This document shows, one piece after another, positions 35,431 to 39,045 of a DNA stretch of 39,045 bases. The position numbers and the translations under genes are program-made. Source of the DNA: a virus. Under the pieces are notes generated by a model. The model made no database searches. It saw only the letters and a list, made by a program, of their open reading frames with translations, and was not told where the DNA came from. The DNA is taken from positions 1-39,045 of IMG/VR virus record IMGVR_UViG_3300027842_000001. The stretch is one strand, 5' to 3'. Numbering within the stretch: position 1 is the first letter of the stretch; every line of letters begins with the position of its first letter.

Positions 35431-36862
35431 TGTGCAGACCCGCGCCCGCGCCGGTGTGACCTACGCCGTCGGCGTGATCCGCGTCTCACAGCAAGGCAAG
35501 CGCGAAGCCGAGCGCTTCAAGTCACCGTCTGAGCAGCGCGACCGCATCGCGGCCGAGATCCGCCGCCAGGGCGCCGAGCTGGCGCAGTGTTTCCAAGAGA
35601 TCGACATTTCGGGCAAGCTGCCCCTCGCCAGGCGACACGGCCTCCGCCAAGCGGTCGAGGCGATCGAGGCGGGGCACGCGCGGGTGCTCGTGGTGGCCTA
35701 CTTCGACCGCCTGGTGCGCAATCTGCGCGTTCAGGCCGAAGTCGTACAGCGCGTCGAGGCGGCGGGCGGGCGCGTGCTGGCGCTGGACTTCGGGGAAGTC
35801 ACCGAAAAGACGGCCGCGCAATGGTTGAGCTCGACGCTCATGGGCGCCGTCGCCGAGTACTACGCGCGGTCGGTCGGTGAGCGGCTGGCCAGCACCGCGG
35901 CTATGGCGATCGCCTCGGGCGTGCCGGTGGGCGCGCTGCCGCCTGGCTATCGCCGCGACCCTGCCACCCGCCGCGTGGTGCTGCACGAGGCCGAGGCCGC
36001 GGTGATGCGCGAGGCCTTCGCGATGCGCGCCGACGGCGCCTCCTGGTCGGCCGTTCGCGGCTTCATGGCTGCAAATGGCATTGTTCGGTCGATCGGCAAC
36101 ACGCGGACACTGCTGCACTCGCGTACCTACCTGGGCGAGCTGACGCTCGGCGACGTGGTGAACCCGGGTTCGCATACTCCGCTGGTGGACCTCGAGACGT
36201 TCGAGCGCATCGGCCGCCAGAAAGGCGAGGCCTTCAAAGCGGCGCCCGGGCGCAAATCCGAATTGCTGCTCTCAGGCCTGCGGCTGCTCAGGTGCGCCAC
36301 GTGCGGGCATTCGCTCCTGGCCAGCACACAAACGACGCGCTTCGGTAAATCGTTCAGGTTGTACCGCTGCAATCCGGGCCTGGTCTGCTCGCGGCGCGTG
36401 GCGATCGACGCCGCGCTGGCCGACCAGGCGGTGACCGACTACGTGCGCGAGCTGGTGGCCAACGACGCCGAGACAGAGGGGCCCGGTATGGAGCTGATCG
36501 AGGCGCGGGCCGCGGTGGATGCGGCACAGGCCGCGCTCGATACCGCGATCCGCGGCTACATCGCGGCGGGCGTGCTCGACGAGGCCAGCGCGCAACAGTC
36601 GCTCCGCGAGCTGCGCGAGAAACGCGACGCGGCGGCCGATCGGGCATCGGATCTCGAACGCGCCGCCCGTGCGGTCGGGGACGGCATTACGCTCAACGGC
36701 TCGGCCGATTGGGACGCGCTAACGCTGGCCGATCGACGGGAGATCATTACCGCCGTGCTCGCCCGCGTCGTCGTCGCGCCCGGCGGCGGGAAGGTCCGCG
36801 GCGCCTCGCGGCTGACGTTCGTCACTGTTCGCGACGAGCTCGGCGGCGACGCGCTCGGCTAG
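35417..36862 (+). CDS. int: Large serine recombinase (integrase)
   Basis: N-terminal resolvase domain YAVGVIRVSQQGK (catalytic Ser), recombinase domain, zinc ribbon CATCGHSL...YRCN, coiled-coil tail. Confidence 0.9.
   Translation: MTVTSVQTRARAGVTYAVGVIRVSQQGKREAERFKSPSEQRDRIAAEIRRQGAELAQCFQEIDISGKLPLARRHGLRQAVEAIEAGHARVLVVAYFDRLVRNLRVQAEVVQRVEAAGGRVLALDFGEVTEKTAAQWLSSTLMGAVAEYYARSVGERLASTAAMAIASGVPVGALPPGYRRDPATRRVVLHEAEAAVMREAFAMRADGASWSAVRGFMAANGIVRSIGNTRTLLHSRTYLGELTLGDVVNPGSHTPLVDLETFERIGRQKGEAFKAAPGRKSELLLSGLRLLRCATCGHSLLASTQTTRFGKSFRLYRCNPGLVCSRRVAIDAALADQAVTDYVRELVANDAETEGPGMELIEARAAVDAAQAALDTAIRGYIAAGVLDEASAQQSLRELREKRDAAADRASDLERAARAVGDGITLNGSADWDALTLADRREIITAVLARVVVAPGGGKVRGASRLTFVTVRDELGGDALG
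35431..35439. repeat. Palindrome half-site TGTGCAGAC
   Basis: 9-nt left half at codons 5-8 of the serine recombinase, abutting the dyad. Confidence 0.6.
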
Positions 36863-37016
36863 GATGCGGCGCGCCGCGCGGCGCAGCACCGCCCGCACGC
36901 GAGCGTGAGCGGAGGGTGGCAATGGATCGGCGGCCATGTGTGGCCAGTATGGCGCCGGGGTCCGGTGGGAAACCATCGAAGCCCCGGCGCCTCTCGCGTT
37001 TGAAACGCGATTGTGT

Positions 37017-37034
37017 TGTGCAGACGTCTGCACA
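37017..37034. repeat. 18-bp palindrome, copy 5 (20 bp with flanking T/A)
   Basis: Exact; lies between the convergent recombinase and hydrolase genes. Flanked by palindromes TCGCGTTTGAAACGCGA (36996-37012) and CCGGCGCGCGCCGG (37037-37050). Confidence 0.95.
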
Positions 37035-37144
37035 AACCGGCGCGCGCCGGCGATCGCGCGACGGTCGGGCGGCTGGTCTGCTAGTTTGGCGCGGCTTGTC
37101 GCGGCGGGTGCACCGGGGGCGGGTACACCGTTCCGGCCGCCCGA

Positions 37145-37894
37145 CTAGCCCCCGGCGACGATCGGCGCGAGCAGCGGCGCGTAAGCCGGTCTGAGTAGCG
37201 CCGAGTGATTGGTCCATGCGTCCGACGGGTCCGTCGCCGTGAACACGTAAGGCGTATCGCCAGGGATCTCCTGCTGCACCGGCTGTAGGGCGATATCGAC
37301 CGTGTTGACGACCACCCGCACGTCGACGCCGAGGCCGCGCTCCCACGCCTCGAGCTGGCCAAGATAATCAGACCAGCCCGGCGCGGTGCTGCGGTCGAAA
37401 AGGTCGCTCGCCGCGGGACAGGCGCCGCGCGTGAATGCGTAGCTCAGCAATTCCGTACCGCTGACCCCCTCGAGCGGCGCGTCGATGGGGACCACGCGCT
37501 CGACGAAGCCGGCCAGGTCGGGCGCCGCGGCCAATGCAAACAGGGCGACAACGCCACCGTTCGAGTGGCCGACCAGGATCACGCGGTCGACCTGGTGCTG
37601 CGCGCGGAGCTGCTCGAGGTACATCGCCAGCGCCGCGACCGACTGGCCGAGCGGCTGGCACGAGCCCGCGGCGCCATAGTCAAAGGCGCTGAAATTCGAA
37701 ATGCCACGCGCGCCGAGCTGGTCGGACAGCGGCGTAAAGGCGGCCTGCGTCGAGGCCGCGGTCGAGCCGAGGCCGCCCACGAAAACGACCATTTCGGAAG
37801 GTGCGGCCGCCGCGGGTTGTGCAGACGTCTGCACAAACAGGGCGAGCGCGAGTGTGAGGCCTGCTGGCCAGCTGCGGAACCGTACAAAGCGCAT
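37145..37894 (-). CDS. Secreted alpha/beta-hydrolase (lipase/esterase-like)
   Basis: Signal peptide MRFVRFRSWPAGLTLALALFVQTSAQP; nucleophile elbow VILVGHSNGG (GxSxG); ATG 37894. Confidence 0.8.
   Translation of the reverse strand: MRFVRFRSWPAGLTLALALFVQTSAQPAAAAPSEMVVFVGGLGSTAASTQAAFTPLSDQLGARGISNFSAFDYGAAGSCQPLGQSVAALAMYLEQLRAQHQVDRVILVGHSNGGVVALFALAAAPDLAGFVERVVPIDAPLEGVSGTELLSYAFTRGACPAASDLFDRSTAPGWSDYLGQLEAWERGLGVDVRVVVNTVDIALQPVQQEIPGDTPYVFTATDPSDAWTNHSALLRPAYAPLLAPIVAGG
37818..37835. repeat. 18-bp palindrome, copy 6 (20 bp with flanking T/A)
   Basis: Exact; encodes the VQTSAQ c-region of the hydrolase signal peptide. Confidence 0.95.
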
Positions 37895-38021
37895 GAGGGG
37901 GGCGGGAGATCCTTTCAGGCGAGCGGCAACTCTAGCGCCAAAAACACGAATTGTGTAGGTGCTGCACCGGCGGCGCTCGGCCCACACAATCAAACGCCGC
38001 TCCGGCGGCCGTCTAGCGGAG

Positions 38022-38032
38022 TGTGCAGACGT
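38022..38032. repeat. Palindrome left part TGTGCAGACGT (11 of 18)
   Basis: At the 5-prime edge of the LAGLIDADG ORF. Confidence 0.8.
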
Positions 38033-38418
38033 GCGAAGCTGTCCTAGTGCCACCCTCGCCTACTGATTTGGCGTACCTCGCAGGGCTCATCGACGGCGAG
38101 GGATGTCTTACAGCGAGCCCCGTTTGTCCCCCTCTGCGTTACTGGATGGGGCTGCGTGTGACGACGACAAACGCCGACCTCGCTAGTTGGCTTGAGGAAA
38201 CCTTCGGCGGTCGCATCTACCCGTGGAACCCCCGAGACCGGCGCCGTGCTTACAACTGGACGCTCACGGGTAAACGGGCCGCCGTGATGCTCGAGGCCAC
38301 ACTCCCCTATCTCCGAGTGAAGTCGCGGCCTGCACATGCATGGCTCGCCTTCTGGCGGCTGGCCCCGGCGGCACGTCGAACGGCCGGGGAACTTCGAGCT
38401 GCCATCCGCGCAGCGTAG
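38023..38418 (+). CDS. Single-motif LAGLIDADG homing endonuclease
   Basis: LAYLAGLIDGEGC near the N-terminus, then W.L.G...A..ML..TLPYLRVK, typical of the family; alternative start GTG 38047. Confidence 0.8.
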   Translation: MQTCEAVLVPPSPTDLAYLAGLIDGEGCLTASPVCPPLRYWMGLRVTTTNADLASWLEETFGGRIYPWNPRDRRRAYNWTLTGKRAAVMLEATLPYLRVKSRPAHAWLAFWRLAPAARRTAGELRAAIRAA

Positions 38419-38457
38419 GCGACTCCCCGACGCCCGCCGGGGCGAACGTGCAGACGT
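38033..38457 (+). mobile_element. Candidate 425-bp insertion carrying the LAGLIDADG gene, flanked by 10-bp direct repeats GTGCAGACGT
   Basis: Deleting 38033-38457 in silico restores a perfect TGTGCAGACGTCTGCACA. Confidence 0.4.
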
Positions 38458-38464
38458 CTGCACA
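38448..38464. repeat. Palindrome copy 7 (17 of 18; outer T replaced by C)
   Basis: 30 bp after the LAGLIDADG stop, 23 bp before the holin-like ATG. Confidence 0.9.
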
Positions 38465-38486
38465 ACCGGCCTACTCCGGGCGCGGT

Positions 38487-38792
38487 ATGCCCGAGCCGAT
38501 CGACGATCCGAGCGCCCCTAAACCGTGGTGGCAGTCCAAGACCGTTTGGCTCAACGGCGTGCTGACGGTGATTGGGGTCGGGAGTTTCTTCGCCGAGCCC
38601 CATAACGACCCGTCGCTCACGGTGGCCAGCATCTCGGCGGCGGTGGTCGGCGTCGGCAATGTGCTGCTGCGCGTGTGGTTCACGTCGGCGCCGATCGCGG
38701 GCACCGGGCGGGCTTACAGCGCAATGGCGGCGCAAGCCGAACGGATCGGCCGCGCGGTCGCGCAAATCCAGACCAGCGGAGGCAAGCGATAA
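38487..38792 (+). CDS. Holin-like membrane protein (101 aa, two TM segments)
   Basis: ATG 38487; VWLNGVLTVIGVGSFF and LTVASISAAVVGVGNVLLRVWF; TAA abuts the endolysin ATG. Confidence 0.6.
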   Translation: MPEPIDDPSAPKPWWQSKTVWLNGVLTVIGVGSFFAEPHNDPSLTVASISAAVVGVGNVLLRVWFTSAPIAGTGRAYSAMAAQAERIGRAVAQIQTSGGKR

Positions 38793-39045
38793 ATGCGCCG
38801 CGGCTTTGACGTGTCCAACTGGACCGGCGCGCCTGACAGTCGATGGGATGCGCTCAACCAGGGCGGCCCGGGGGTGCTCTTCGTACAGTCGATCGACCCG
38901 CCCGCGGGTTACCCGCCGGGGGTCACCGCGCAACAAATCCAATGGGGCCTCGACAACGGTTGGGACGTCGTCGCGTATCTCTGGAAGTGGTTTAGCCTCG
39001 GCCTCGACGACACGCAGCGCAAACTCGATTTACTCGAGCCGTTCA
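38793..39045 (+). CDS. Endolysin-like glycoside hydrolase, N-terminal part (continues at base 128 of the window)
   Basis: ATG 38793 directly after the holin-like TAA; MRRGFDVSNWTGAPD; in frame through the overlap. Confidence 0.65.
   Translation, partial: MRRGFDVSNWTGAPDSRWDALNQGGPGVLFVQSIDPPAGYPPGVTAQQIQWGLDNGWDVVAYLWKWFSLGLDDTQRKLDLLEPF
38919..39045. repeat. Terminal direct overlap, identical to 1..127
   Basis: Read directly from the sequence. Confidence 0.95.

Noticed and set aside
36922-37194. 91-codon plus-strand ORF with a good GGAGGG-N5-ATG start that reads through palindrome 37017 as VQTSAQ
   Set aside because: The sequence after the palindrome is Arg-rich junk and overlaps the 3-prime end of the well-supported hydrolase gene. 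It is more likely intergenic DNA between convergent genes, though a short peptide cannot be excluded.
15945-38464. The recurring palindrome as a CRISPR array
   Set aside because: Copies are kilobases apart, irregularly spaced, partly inside genes, and perfectly self-complementary. There is no repeat-spacer periodicity and there are no cas genes.

Overview
The window is a complete, circularly closed replicon of about 38.9 kb: bases 1-127 repeat exactly at 38919-39045, and one gene reads in frame across the join. It is visibly very GC-rich and looks like a temperate virus.

Layout:
- Lysis cassette across the junction: holin-like gene 38487-38792, endolysin-like gene 38793..804, then small plus-strand genes to about 2.7 kb.
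- Minus-strand early/replication arm, 2.7-12.8 kb. About 27 mostly tiny genes are chained by ATGA/GTGA/TTGA start-stop overlaps. They include many CxxC mini-proteins, a GIY-YIG protein, a small tyrosine recombinase, a DnaC/IstB-like AAA+ loader and an SPPY DNA methyltransferase.
- Minus-strand block at 12.9-14.5 kb: RHH-like protein, NlpC/P60 peptidase, tiny membrane proteins and an XRE-type HTH.
- Minus-strand island at 15.9-17.25 kb (RHH protein, two small genes, HNH-like nuclease) flanked by two noncoding regions of about 0.4-0.5 kb.
- Plus-strand virion arm, 17.75-35.3 kb. It has a candidate capsid protein, a beta-helix receptor-binding protein, a lytic transglycosylase, about 10 small membrane proteins, a P-loop ATPase and Arg-rich RRNP-motif proteins. 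I recognised no terminase, portal or tape-measure gene.
- Accessory region, 35.4-38.5 kb: large serine recombinase, secreted alpha/beta-hydrolase and a LAGLIDADG endonuclease.

DNA-level signals not explained by genes:
- A perfect 18-bp palindrome, TGTGCAGACGTCTGCACA, in 7 copies plus 2 half-sites. All lie in 15.9-38.5 kb, and they bound the accessory genes like cassettes.
- An AT-rich 17-mer in 5 strong and 2 weaker copies.
- A gene-junction repeat in 4 copies.
- An iteron-like repeat patch inside the gene upstream of the helicase loader.

Limits: all functional calls rest on motifs I recognised by eye. No homology search, structure prediction or statistics were run. Start codons of small genes are provisional.
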